From an uncultured bacterium (lineage in GTDB: Bacteria > Chloroflexota > UBA5177 > JANWHV01), in the NCBI GenBank assembly GCA_963729625.1, contig CAVSOU010000008.1, positions 448,001 to 512,000 on the forward strand: DNA of 64,000 bases, given 5' to 3'. Shown piece by piece: positions 8,484 to 18,075 of the stretch. Each line of letters opens with the position of its first letter. Positions within the stretch are counted from its first letter, which is position 1. Made by a program: the position numbers and the translations under genes. The notes under the pieces were generated by a model. It did not search any database. It was given only the letters and a program-made list of their open reading frames with translations, and was not told the origin of the DNA.

Positions 8484-9655
8484 TCGCCTTGACGCTCCGC
8501 TCACCTGCGGTCGTGCTCGCCACGCTGCTTACCGTCCTGGCGTCCCTCGGTCCCGCGCATGCCGCCGTCCCGCCGGCACGTCCCGTTATCCTGCAGGCCG
8601 CGATGAGCGATCCCACGCACTTTACCGCGGTCGCCGCCGGCGCCGGCGCCGCGATGCCGGGCGTCCTGCGCGTGGATGGGCGGGTACTGACTCTTTCCCA
8701 TGGTACGCTCGGGCGCTCGGGCGACGCGGCGTACCGCTTCGATCTTGCCGCGCGCCGGGTGCCCCGCTTCACCGGGCCGGCGCGGTTCCAGTTCTGCCTT
8801 CGCAGTGTCTGCCGCTCGGGCGCCATCCCGCTCCCGGTGGCCGTCATTCACGGTGTGCTGGGAGATCTGGCGGGACTGCTCGGCGCCGGCGATCCCTATC
8901 CTCCGTTGCTCGCCGCTCTGCGGTCCGTCGGCTATACCGATACCGGGCCTTATTCTACGCTCGCCTATATTGACTATCCTTCCTCGGCGGCATTGCTCGA
9001 CCTGCTGGCGCCCAATAACCCTCTGGTTCCCGCGCTGTATGGCGACGGCGTGGCCGCGTTTGCTTCCCGCTACCTGGCGCCGGGCGTGCGGGCGCTGCTG
9101 GCGGGATCCTATGCCGCGCATGTAGACCTTGTAGGGCATAGTATGGGCGGCTTGATCGCCCGCGCCTATGTGGCTGAGCCGGGCATGGCGTCAACGGTGC
9201 GCTCGATCATCCTGCTTGGCACGCCAAATCAGGGCAGCGCCGCCACCTTTGAGGCGCTCGGTCCCAGAACAGAGCTGCCCGCGACCGCGCGCGACCTCTT
9301 ACCCACCTATCCGTATCTCAAAGACGCCGAGACCGGGCGCTTCCATCGGCCACCTGTTGCCAATGCCTACCTGCCGGTGTTGAACCGGGAGAAGCTGCCG
9401 GCCGGCGTGCGCTTCGTCTGCATCTATGGCCGCGCCACGGCTACCGACAGCGTCCTGCTTGTGCATGGCAGCGACGACGTCGTGGTCGGCGCCGTCAAAG
9501 TGCCTGGCGATGGGACGGTCACCGCGGCCAGCGCGCTGTTGCCGGGCGCGCGTGCGATCCCGCTCGACGACGGCGTGCGGCACACGGATCTGCCGCGCGA
9601 TCGGCGCGCGCAGGCGCTGATCGTCGGGCTGCTGGCCGGCCACCCAACCGGGTGA
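8480..9655 (+). CDS. Secreted alpha/beta hydrolase (lipase/LCAT/PGAP1-like)
   Basis: Signal peptide ending AHA; VIHGVLG, GHSMGG nucleophile elbow, LGTPNQGS, GDGTV, C-terminal His. Confidence 0.85.
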   Translation: MIALTLRSPAVVLATLLTVLASLGPAHAAVPPARPVILQAAMSDPTHFTAVAAGAGAAMPGVLRVDGRVLTLSHGTLGRSGDAAYRFDLAARRVPRFTGPARFQFCLRSVCRSGAIPLPVAVIHGVLGDLAGLLGAGDPYPPLLAALRSVGYTDTGPYSTLAYIDYPSSAALLDLLAPNNPLVPALYGDGVAAFASRYLAPGVRALLAGSYAAHVDLVGHSMGGLIARAYVAEPGMASTVRSIILLGTPNQGSAATFEALGPRTELPATARDLLPTYPYLKDAETGRFHRPPVANAYLPVLNREKLPAGVRFVCIYGRATATDSVLLVHGSDDVVVGAVKVPGDGTVTAASALLPGARAIPLDDGVRHTDLPRDRRAQALIVGLLAGHPTG

Positions 9656-9691
9656 TAGCCGGAACGTTTCATATGGTCCACGATCTGTGGC

Positions 9692-10486
9692 ATGAACGAC
9701 GTACTTCGAGATCTCGAGGCTACCAGGGCTTCTCAGCCAGCCGATGCGCTTCCAGATCTGATCATGGAGCATACAGAGTTCTTTGCTACGCTCTCGCACG
9801 AGCTCCGCACTCCCCTGGCCACGCTCAAGGGATTCGGCCAGACCCTCCTGGAACATTGGGAGCAATTGCCGGACGAGCGCAAGCGACAGCACGTCGAATA
9901 CATGCTTCGCTCAACGCAGCGCCTCGAGCGGCTGGTGGGCGACATTTCGCTCTCCGCCCATCTGGTGGACGGAGTTGCCCTCAGCCCGGCTTTCGTGACG
10001 GTAGATGACGCGGTAACGCAGGGCGTCCACGAAGCGCGCGCTCTCTATCCCGGTCGCACGTTCCACATCCTGCCGCCGGGATCGACACGGCAGATCTGGG
10101 CCGATCGCGAGCGCCTGCTCCAGGTGCTGGTAAATCTGCTGGACAACGCGGCAAAGTACTCGCCTGCGGACCAGTCCATCAGTATCTGCTGGTCCGATCA
10201 CGGGCCACAGGTGCGAATCGAGATTCGCGATGCGGGCCTGAGCCTCACGCGCGAGGAACGGGAATGCCTCTTCGTCCGCCGCGGCCGCCTGCATTCCGCC
10301 GGACATGTCGCGCGCGCGGCCCCTGGCTCGGGCCTTGGACTCTACATCTGCAAAGGACTGGTGGAGGCCATGCACGGCGCCATCGGCACCAGGGCAGGCG
10401 AGGACGGCCTGGGCAACGTCTTCTGGTTCACGCTGCCGGTCGCGGATACGTATACGGATGCGGAGCGGGTCGCCGTCGCCAGCTAA
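9692..10486 (+). CDS. Histidine kinase (HisKA + HATPase) without a sensor domain
   Basis: SHELRTPL H-box, NLLDNAAKYS N-box, GSGLGLYI G2 box. Confidence 0.88.
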   Translation: MNDVLRDLEATRASQPADALPDLIMEHTEFFATLSHELRTPLATLKGFGQTLLEHWEQLPDERKRQHVEYMLRSTQRLERLVGDISLSAHLVDGVALSPAFVTVDDAVTQGVHEARALYPGRTFHILPPGSTRQIWADRERLLQVLVNLLDNAAKYSPADQSISICWSDHGPQVRIEIRDAGLSLTREERECLFVRRGRLHSAGHVARAAPGSGLGLYICKGLVEAMHGAIGTRAGEDGLGNVFWFTLPVADTYTDAERVAVAS

Positions 10487-10570
10487 GGTGAATGAATCGG
10501 CCTCCGGCTGCGGCCGGATGGAAGCGGGCGTGGACCACCGGCTGCAGCCTCAGCCGGTGGCCGTGCCCGG

Positions 10571-13141
10571 TTGTTGACAGGCCGGCGTGCCGGTCCTTAC
10601 CATTTCCGGATGCTTGACTCCCGGCCGCTGGGTTCCTTCCTTTTGCGCATGCGGCTGACCTGGCTTCCAGGCCGCGCCTGGTGGCCGCCCCTGCTCTTGC
10701 TCCTGCTCCCTATCCTCGTGTTCCGCCAGGGCCTCGGCACCGGCACGCCGCCGTTCGGCGGCGACATCCTGGTGCTCAACTACCCGCTCCTGGCGATGAT
10801 CAAGCGCCAGATGCTGCATGGCCTGTTGCCGCTCTGGAATACCTGGGCGGGCGGCGGTTACCCGCTCGTGCCGTTTAGCGGGCTCGTCGCCTATCCGCTG
10901 ATCTGGCCTCTTGGGTTCCTCGACGTGCGCGACGCGATCACGGTGATGGACATGGCGCATATGGCGATCGCCGGCCTTGGCGTCTATCTTCTGGGCAACA
11001 TCACCGGAGCCGGACGCCTTGGACGCACGATCGGTGCCCTGGCCTTCGCGCTCTCCGGCTTCATGATCGCTCACGTATATGCCGGGCATCTGCTGGAAAT
11101 GGGCGTGATCGCCTGGATGCCCTGGGTGTTTTATACTGCTCAGTGCCTGGTGGATCGGCCAACTGTCGGCCGGGCGCTCGCGTTCGGCACGGCGCTTGGC
11201 CTTCAGGTCCTGGCGAACGGTCTTGGCTTTCTCGTGTTCACTGCCTACCCCGTCGCCATCGTGCTCGCTCTGGGCGTGGTGGCAGCCATCCGGCGCCAGG
11301 GCCGCGCCGGTCTGCGCCTGCTCGCGCTGAGCGTCCTGAGCGTGGCCGTGGGCGCAGGGCTGTCCGCTGTGGTGCTGCTGCCGTTTGCCCAGTCATTGGG
11401 CTGGAGCGTCCGGGCCGGAGGTCTCGACTTCGCGGGCGCCACGCAGATCTCGCTGCCGCCGGCAGCCCTGCTGATGCTATTTTCGCCCGGCGCTGTCGGC
11501 ACCGGCCCGGATAATACTTTCTGGCTCAATCAGTTCAGCCAGGGCTACTGGCATGAATTCGCGCTCTACGTGGGGCTCGTGCCCCTGCTCGCTGCCGCCG
11601 TGGCCGCGATCTCCTGCCGTCGCTGCCCTCACGTCACTTTCTATGTGTGGCTGACGCTGATCGGACTGGTGCTGGCGCTCGGCAGCTACACGCCCGTCTA
11701 TGGGGTCGTCTTTCATCTGCCCGCGATCAGCCTGGTGCGCGTGCCCGCGCGCTGGCTGCTGCTGTGCATGCTCGGCGTGTCCGTGCTTGCCGGCCCCGGC
11801 GTGGACTGGCTGATGCAGCAACGCCTGGGGGCGCGTGCCCTGCTGCACGCGCTTCGTTGGCCCCTGGCCGGGAGCCTGGCGCTGATTGTCGTGCTGGTGG
11901 CAGGCGTGCAGGCGGAATACATGCTGGCCGGAAACATCGATCTGCAGCCGCGATTCTTTACCACCCTGTTCCCCGCGGGCGGCCGGCTGCTCTTGTTCTG
12001 CGGCATCCTGGCGCTGCTGCTGGGCTGCCACGCGGACCGGTTGATCCGCGCTTCCGCCACCGGCGCCCTGCTGCTGGCTTTCACCGTGCTCGATCTGTGG
12101 ACGGCTGAAAGCGGCTCGGTCCTGTTCGTCGATCCTTCGGCGTTCTACCAACCCACCGCGGTAAGCACGCTGGTGCATGAGGATCCGTCCAGCTACCGGG
12201 TGCTCACGCTGCCGGCTGGAGCCGTTCCCCGCACGATGCCCTATCGCCAGGGCATGGTAACCGGCGACATCTATGATGCCGAAGACTTCGCGCCTATCAC
12301 CATGAGCAACTACTTCACGATCACGCACCCCAAGAATCCGGCACACCCGATCTCATACGCCAACGCCCGCGACCTGATCACCTGCTATGATCAGCGCTTT
12401 GCCACGCTGCTGGGTATCACCGAGGTGGTAACCGCCGCGCCGTTTAGCAGCGACCGCCTCTGCCAGACGCCGAACGTCGGCATGCCGCGCCTGGCACTGC
12501 GCTCGGCCGCTGTATCCGAAAGCTGGACGGTGCAAAACGGCACGAGCTGGAATACCACCTGGTTCCAGAACATCGCCTACGTGTACCGGAATACGGCCGC
12601 CCTGCCGCGCGCCTTTCTGGTGCCCGCGAGCGCGGCTACCGCGCAGCCCTCGTCTGCCGCGCAGCTGGCGGCCGTGCTGGACCCGGCTTTCGACGGCGCC
12701 CACCACGCGGTCTACGACCCCGGCGCCCGGCAGCCGCCGCTGGGCCTCGGCTTTCTGGAGGATGCCTGGGCCGGCGTGCTCAGGCCAGCCTCGCTGCCCT
12801 TTCCCCCGGATCTGCCTGCCGGGCAGGCCCGCGTGATTGCCGACAGCGGGAACAGCGTGCACGTGGCGATAGACGCGGCGCAGGCATCTCTTCTGGTGCT
12901 TGACGACACGTACTATCCCGGCTGGCAGGTGTGGATCGACGGCAAGCGCGCCGGTGTCCACCAGGCGGATTACGTGTTGCGCGCAGTGCCTGTGCCCGCC
13001 GGCAAGCACCTGCTGGTGTTCACCTACGCGCCGCTTTCCTACCTGGTTGGGCTCCTGTGCACGTGCGGGACCGCGCTCCTGGTCGCCGGCGCCGCCCTCT
13101 TCCTGGCTCTGAAGGGTCACGGCAGGCCGCGCTTGCCCTGA
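10571..13141 (+). CDS. YfhO-family multi-pass membrane protein (GT-C glycosyltransferase-like)
   Basis: PLWNxWxxGGYP, many TM helices, RVPARW, ALPRAF, LVLDDTYYPGWQVWIDG and VPAGKHLLVFTY; start uncertain. Confidence 0.85.
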   Translation: MLTGRRAGPYHFRMLDSRPLGSFLLRMRLTWLPGRAWWPPLLLLLLPILVFRQGLGTGTPPFGGDILVLNYPLLAMIKRQMLHGLLPLWNTWAGGGYPLVPFSGLVAYPLIWPLGFLDVRDAITVMDMAHMAIAGLGVYLLGNITGAGRLGRTIGALAFALSGFMIAHVYAGHLLEMGVIAWMPWVFYTAQCLVDRPTVGRALAFGTALGLQVLANGLGFLVFTAYPVAIVLALGVVAAIRRQGRAGLRLLALSVLSVAVGAGLSAVVLLPFAQSLGWSVRAGGLDFAGATQISLPPAALLMLFSPGAVGTGPDNTFWLNQFSQGYWHEFALYVGLVPLLAAAVAAISCRRCPHVTFYVWLTLIGLVLALGSYTPVYGVVFHLPAISLVRVPARWLLLCMLGVSVLAGPGVDWLMQQRLGARALLHALRWPLAGSLALIVVLVAGVQAEYMLAGNIDLQPRFFTTLFPAGGRLLLFCGILALLLGCHADRLIRASATGALLLAFTVLDLWTAESGSVLFVDPSAFYQPTAVSTLVHEDPSSYRVLTLPAGAVPRTMPYRQGMVTGDIYDAEDFAPITMSNYFTITHPKNPAHPISYANARDLITCYDQRFATLLGITEVVTAAPFSSDRLCQTPNVGMPRLALRSAAVSESWTVQNGTSWNTTWFQNIAYVYRNTAALPRAFLVPASAATAQPSSAAQLAAVLDPAFDGAHHAVYDPGARQPPLGLGFLEDAWAGVLRPASLPFPPDLPAGQARVIADSGNSVHVAIDAAQASLLVLDDTYYPGWQVWIDGKRAGVHQADYVLRAVPVPAGKHLLVFTYAPLSYLVGLLCTCGTALLVAGAALFLALKGHGRPRLP

Positions 13142-13174
13142 AACCATTGGTCTAGAACTGCCATTGGACACGCT

Positions 13175-14203
13175 CTATGCGGGCGCAGGAGTGCCGGTTG
13201 AGCCGGAGGTCCCCTGCTGATCCATCTCGCTCACGGGCAAAGCGGTTTCCTGAAGGTCACGAGCCTCCTCGACGGCACCCAGGCACAGGAGTGCCGCCGT
13301 GCGCAACCGTATGATCTCCTGCTCGGGCTTGCTCTCCGGCGTCTCGAGAATCGCCGGTATGCCGGCCAGTCCCGGGTGTGTCAGCCACGCGGCAAGTCCC
13401 GCATAGCCGATGTTGCCCTGGCCGAGATGGGTGTGCTGATCGCGGTGGCTTGCAAGGGCCATCGGCGAGTCATTCACGTGCAGGACCCGCACGAGCGGTA
13501 TGCCTACAGTGCGATCGATCTCCTCGACGGTTCGCTCCACCCCTTCGGCCGTACGAATGTCGTGGCCGGCCCCCCACAGGTGCGCCGTGTCGATACAGAC
13601 GCCGATCCGTGGGTGGGCAATATCGCGCAGCAGCGTTGCCAGTGCATCGAAGTTATCGGCAATGGCGTTACCGGACCCTACATTGTTCTCCAACAAGAGA
13701 TAGAGTCCGTCCGGCATGCCGTCAAGGGCGAAATGCACGGCGTCGACGAGACGTGCGGTGCCTGCCTCGTGTCCCGTTCCCTTGTGGCTGCCGAGATGCA
13801 CGATCACATAGAGCGCGCCAAGCTCAACCCCGCGCGATAGAGCGTTGCGAATCGCCTGGCGCGAGTTCCCGTAGACAAGCTCCTCCGGCGAGGCCAGGTT
13901 GATCAGATAGGGCGCGTGGATAACCAGGGGCCGCACGCCGGCATCAGCCCAGGCCGCGCGCATGGCTGTCGCCAGGTCGGCCGGCATTGGCACGTGCCTC
14001 CAGCCCTTGGGATTGCCCGGGAATATCTGCACCGCAGTGCAGCCGAGCCGCGAGGCCTGGGTGATAGTCTGTGCCATCCCGGGACCTGTTCCCAGGTGCC
14101 GCCCGAGCGGGCGCGACAGCGCGGGAAGGGCGTATGTCTGGGCCACGTCGTCGCCGGCGACGCGCGCGGTGGGCGCCGCTTGCTGCTGCCGGTCTGTCCC
14201 CAT
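13175..14203 (-). CDS. nfo: Endonuclease IV (AP endonuclease)
   Basis: QIFPGNP, HAPYLINLAS, VHLGSH, LLEN, CIDTAH and HVNDS...DQH; SD GAGGAG before ATG 14203. Confidence 0.92.
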   Translation of the reverse strand: MGTDRQQQAAPTARVAGDDVAQTYALPALSRPLGRHLGTGPGMAQTITQASRLGCTAVQIFPGNPKGWRHVPMPADLATAMRAAWADAGVRPLVIHAPYLINLASPEELVYGNSRQAIRNALSRGVELGALYVIVHLGSHKGTGHEAGTARLVDAVHFALDGMPDGLYLLLENNVGSGNAIADNFDALATLLRDIAHPRIGVCIDTAHLWGAGHDIRTAEGVERTVEEIDRTVGIPLVRVLHVNDSPMALASHRDQHTHLGQGNIGYAGLAAWLTHPGLAGIPAILETPESKPEQEIIRLRTAALLCLGAVEEARDLQETALPVSEMDQQGTSGSTGTPAPA

Positions 14204-14280
14204 GCTGCTCTCCTCGGTGTTAGTCGGGCGCGACACTGTAGTATCCAGCCAGGTTGTTGCTTCGCCCGGCAGCCCTGTTC

Positions 14281-14332
14281 GTGGAAGCCTGGCCCTAAAG
14301 GGCCATGGTAGAGCACGACGGCTAAAGCCGGC
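14281..14332. repeat. Solitary REP-like / IS200-605-end-like double hairpin
   Basis: GTGGAAGCC-TGGCCCTAAAGGGCCA-...-CGGCTAAAGCCG. Confidence 0.4.
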
Positions 14333-14435
14333 CGGCGGGCAATCGGAGCTCGCGTCCCGGGCGTACGTTGTTTCGGATGGCAGAAACAGCGAGTGCCTGC
14401 CGCGGTCAAGTCCAGGGTAGCATAGTGTTGCGCGA

Positions 14436-15002
14436 CTACCGGGCTGCGTACAGCCGGGCGCGTACCCGCTGCACCAGGATCTCGTCGACGAGGGTCCAGC
14501 CCCATGCCGGCTTGATCCGAGGCCGCTTGAGCGGCGTCACGACGATCAGAGCCGGCGACAGGCGGCTCAGCGCAAAGCACAGCGTGGGAAGACGAGATTC
14601 CTCCAGGAGATGAAGGGCAAAGCTGCAGACGATCAGGCTGAAACGCTGTCCGGCCAGCGCGCCCCAGGCGATGTTCTCGAAGCTCAGCGGTAGGGCGGGC
14701 GTGCCGGTCCGCGCCAGGTAAGATTCGCCGGTAAACGGATCCGCGCCTTCCACGGTAGCGCCCAGTTCGCGCAGGGCCAGGGTTGCCTCGCCGCTGCCGC
14801 AGGCAAGGTCGAGGACACGGCTGAGATCGAGCTTCCAGCCAGGCACGGCTTGCGCCAGGACCGCCCGTACGATGTGCTCGTGCGGATTCCGGTAATCGCC
14901 GCCGTGTTGCCGGTAGAACTCCTGAGGCCCCACGCGTTCGTACGCGGCACGAATGGCTTCGTCACCTCTGGCGGTACCGCGTCCGGTCAGGTCGCGCGGC
15001 AC
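14436..15002 (-). CDS. Class I SAM-dependent methyltransferase
   Basis: VLDLACGSGEAT motif I; CSFALHL. Confidence 0.85.
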   Translation of the reverse strand: MPRDLTGRGTARGDEAIRAAYERVGPQEFYRQHGGDYRNPHEHIVRAVLAQAVPGWKLDLSRVLDLACGSGEATLALRELGATVEGADPFTGESYLARTGTPALPLSFENIAWGALAGQRFSLIVCSFALHLLEESRLPTLCFALSRLSPALIVVTPLKRPRIKPAWGWTLVDEILVQRVRARLYAAR

Positions 15003-15053
15003 GATCGGCGCGAGACTGCCGGGGCCGGCAGGCTGCAGGTGCTCATAGAAAAT

Positions 15054-15563
15054 TCAGTCCGGAATGCCGATAGCCTGGTGTACCTCGACGCGCTCGTGGC
15101 GTGCCGCGTGCTCGTGCCTGACCGCCAGATGCGTCAGCGTCCAGGTCAAGCGCGAGTTCACGACGTAGTTCCAGATCGTACCGGTACCGATGGCGATGAG
15201 ATTGGCGATCAGATAGTGCATGCCGATGCCGAGGGTCAACACGGCGAGCATGCTGAGCGAGATAAGCGCGCCGCCTCCGGCGATGGCATTGTAGCGAAGC
15301 ATGCGCACGACCCAGTTGTAGCGCGAATGGGCGTCGCGAAAGGTCCAGCGGTCGTTCATGGCAAAGTTGCTGAGAATTGCCGTCTCGGTGGCGACCACCG
15401 CAGCCAGCATGTGATTCCAGCCTCCCAGCTGTACCAGCAGATAGAGGATGCCCATGTTCACCACGGCGCCGATGCCGCCGACCACGCCGAAGCGCGCGAA
15501 GCGGTGGGCGTGTGCCAGGAGGCCAGGTTGGCTGGGTGATGTAGCGGTTTGCTCCCCGATCAT
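15054..15563 (-). CDS. GtrA-family flippase-like membrane protein
   Basis: RFARFGVVG...VVN, NFAMNDRWTF and WNYVVNSRLTW; four TM helices. Confidence 0.88.
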   Translation of the reverse strand: MIGEQTATSPSQPGLLAHAHRFARFGVVGGIGAVVNMGILYLLVQLGGWNHMLAAVVATETAILSNFAMNDRWTFRDAHSRYNWVVRMLRYNAIAGGGALISLSMLAVLTLGIGMHYLIANLIAIGTGTIWNYVVNSRLTWTLTHLAVRHEHAARHERVEVHQAIGIPD

Positions 15564-15904
15564 ACCGGCAGGCCCTCGCGCTGCCCGGCGTGACGGTTGC
15601 GTCGAGGACGTGAGCGTTTGACACTCGCGCGTACTGACACGATCTCTCCTTTTGTGCAGACAGCGACGCCGTCCGCGTAGTTGACAGATAACGACGCTCC
15701 TTACCGGGAGCATTGACGAGTCAAGTCAATCGGCCCACGGGGAATTGATAGCCTGGGCAAGCGCTGCTCCATGGCAGCAGGGCCGAGCTGCCGGCGCCGT
15801 AGCCACACGCTGGTAAGCGTAACCGGAAGATGTGTCTTGCGCAAAATCTACGAGCGGACAATGCGCCGCCCTGCTGGCCGGGACGGAAGCGGCGGCGATG
15901 ATCG

Positions 15905-16045
15905 AGGTGCGGCATATCGGCTCGCGGCACGCTATGCACGCCGCGCTCGAGATCGCTGAGTCCGCGCGTACTGATGCCTGCTCGATCTGCCATCGCCTCC
16001 TGCGTGAGACCGGCCCGGCCGCGGAAGCGACGCAGCCTGTGTCGC
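15905..16045 (-). pseudogene. XRE-family HTH remnant
   Basis: LRRFRGRAGLTQEAMADRAGISTRGLSDLERGVHSVPR with no credible continuation or start. Confidence 0.55.
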
Positions 16046-16254
16046 CGGCGGGGAGATCGGGTGAGAGTATTCGAGAGTGGTTGTGCTGTCGGTGACAGCT
16101 TTCCCGCGCCTACCATGATGCTGTGTTCGGAGATGCGCGCCATCCAATGTCTCGCTACCTGCCTATGGGAAGCCCGGCTGGACAGGAGAACGGAGATCAT
16201 GCATGCGGCGAGGACGGTTGGCTTGATGGGCCGGCAGAAACGGACGAATCAACC

Positions 16255-18075
16255 ATGACCGCGACACGATCCCTGGTGGCGGCGATAGTAGGTATCGACG
16301 GCTCGGGAAAGAGCACGGCCTTCCATGGCGCGCTAGGCGTGCTGGCAGCCCGCATGCGGGTGGTAGGCATCGGGAGCAGCGTCTGGAGCGGCGGCCCAAA
16401 CGAACCCCTTCACGAGCGCCTGGATATTCCACTGTCCCGCGGCACTGCCGCCGTCGGGCGATGGGCAAAGGCAGTACATTGGCAGCGCTTGTACAAGTAT
16501 CTCAAGTTCTTCGAGCTCGCCGAACAGGCCCAATTGTGCGAGTATGCGGCGAGCCACGATCGGCCCGACGTGATCCTGACCGACGGCCAGCCCCTGATCA
16601 ACACGGCGGCCTGGTGCGCCGCGCGCTTCTACAAGCACGAACTGGTCGATGACGACGCTGAGCTCTGCCACGTCCTGGAGTACCTGGCGGGCGACCGGTC
16701 GATTCCGGCTCGCTCGCTGCCCCACTACCTGCGGCACTCCTGGCAGTTGGTCGCGTGCAACACGCTGCGGCTCGCCCAGCTCAAGCGCCCGGATATAGTC
16801 TTCTTCCTGGAGACAAGCCCCGCTATGGCCATGGCCCGCATCCGGGCGCGCGGCGTGCCGCTGCAGGTACACGAAACGGAGGCGTTTCTTACCGATCTGG
16901 ACCGGGCCTATGCTCGCGTCTGCCGGTTGGTCCATGAGCGACACGGCGTCGCGCTGTTGCGTATTCCCAGTGGCGAAATGTCGCAGGCGGCGGTCGTGCA
17001 AACCGTAGCCGATACAGCGGAGGAGCATGCAATGGATATGCACGCTGGTGATACAGCCGGGCAGTCTCGGCCGGGCAGCATCGCGGTCATTGCCACGACG
17101 ATGTCCGGCTCGATCCAGGATCAGCTGAAGGTCCCGTTGCTCGAGCCGGAGTTTCGCGCGCGGACGGCCAGGCCGGTTCAGGTGTACGCGGCGGACAGCC
17201 ACCCCCAGGCCCAGGCGCTGGCGCACGAGGTCGTCGCCGCCGGCGGCCGCCTGCTTGTCTCTGCCGGCGGTGGAGGTACCTTCAACGCCGTCCTGGAAGG
17301 CGCTCACCTGGAAGGTGGCGTGCCTCCGGATCTGCGCCTCGCGTTCCTGCGCAAGGGGTCCGCGGATCTGATCGGCAAGGTGCTGGGCATTCCGGACCAG
17401 CTACCGGCCGCCGTGCAGGCCATCGTGGACGGCATCGAGAGCGACCACTGCATTGCCGCCGATGTCCTTGCCGTGGATGCCGCAGTGCCCGGCGGTGCGC
17501 CGCGGAGGCGCCACCTCATCGGGTTCGGCGGCTTCGGCATATTCGGCGAGGTGCCGCGCATCAGCGAGACGCGGCTGATCAAGGTCTATAAGGGTCTGCT
17601 GGGGACGCTATTCGGCGATCTCGGCCCCTTCTACGTGGCCATCATATGTTCGACCCTGTGGTGGCTCAGCCGACACCTGACCGGACATGTGCGTCCCAGC
17701 ATCCTCGTGCTGGATGGAAACAAGCTCCCGTCGGCAACCTGGGCCTCCGTCTTTGTGCTCAACGGCGATTTGGGAGAGGAATTCCCGCTCGGCAAAAGCC
17801 TCTTGTTGTCGAGCGGAGATTTCAGAGTAGTCGCCCTGCGCTATCGAGGCGTTTACCAGACACTGCGCCAGATGATGGCCTGCCGCAGCGGCGCCATCCT
17901 CGATAGTCCCGAGCGCTACGGTGCCATCGTGCGAACCGTGCGATGCCTGGAAGTGCGCCCAGCTTCGAGGCGCCCGTACATGGTCAATGTCGATGGGCTT
18001 CGCATGCTCACGCAAGGCCCTGTACACATCTCGGTTTCGGGTCAGGTAAGGTTGGTGGCAGGATGGAAACGCTGA
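16255..18075 (+). CDS. Fusion of a thymidylate-kinase-like P-loop domain and a diacylglycerol-kinase-like domain
   Basis: N: GIDGSGKST, PDIVFFLETSP..AMARIRARG..HETEAFL..LDRAY. C: SAGGGGTFNAVLEG, LRKGSADL, NVDG. Confidence 0.7.
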   Translation: MTATRSLVAAIVGIDGSGKSTAFHGALGVLAARMRVVGIGSSVWSGGPNEPLHERLDIPLSRGTAAVGRWAKAVHWQRLYKYLKFFELAEQAQLCEYAASHDRPDVILTDGQPLINTAAWCAARFYKHELVDDDAELCHVLEYLAGDRSIPARSLPHYLRHSWQLVACNTLRLAQLKRPDIVFFLETSPAMAMARIRARGVPLQVHETEAFLTDLDRAYARVCRLVHERHGVALLRIPSGEMSQAAVVQTVADTAEEHAMDMHAGDTAGQSRPGSIAVIATTMSGSIQDQLKVPLLEPEFRARTARPVQVYAADSHPQAQALAHEVVAAGGRLLVSAGGGGTFNAVLEGAHLEGGVPPDLRLAFLRKGSADLIGKVLGIPDQLPAAVQAIVDGIESDHCIAADVLAVDAAVPGGAPRRRHLIGFGGFGIFGEVPRISETRLIKVYKGLLGTLFGDLGPFYVAIICSTLWWLSRHLTGHVRPSILVLDGNKLPSATWASVFVLNGDLGEEFPLGKSLLLSSGDFRVVALRYRGVYQTLRQMMACRSGAILDSPERYGAIVRTVRCLEVRPASRRPYMVNVDGLRMLTQGPVHISVSGQVRLVAGWKR

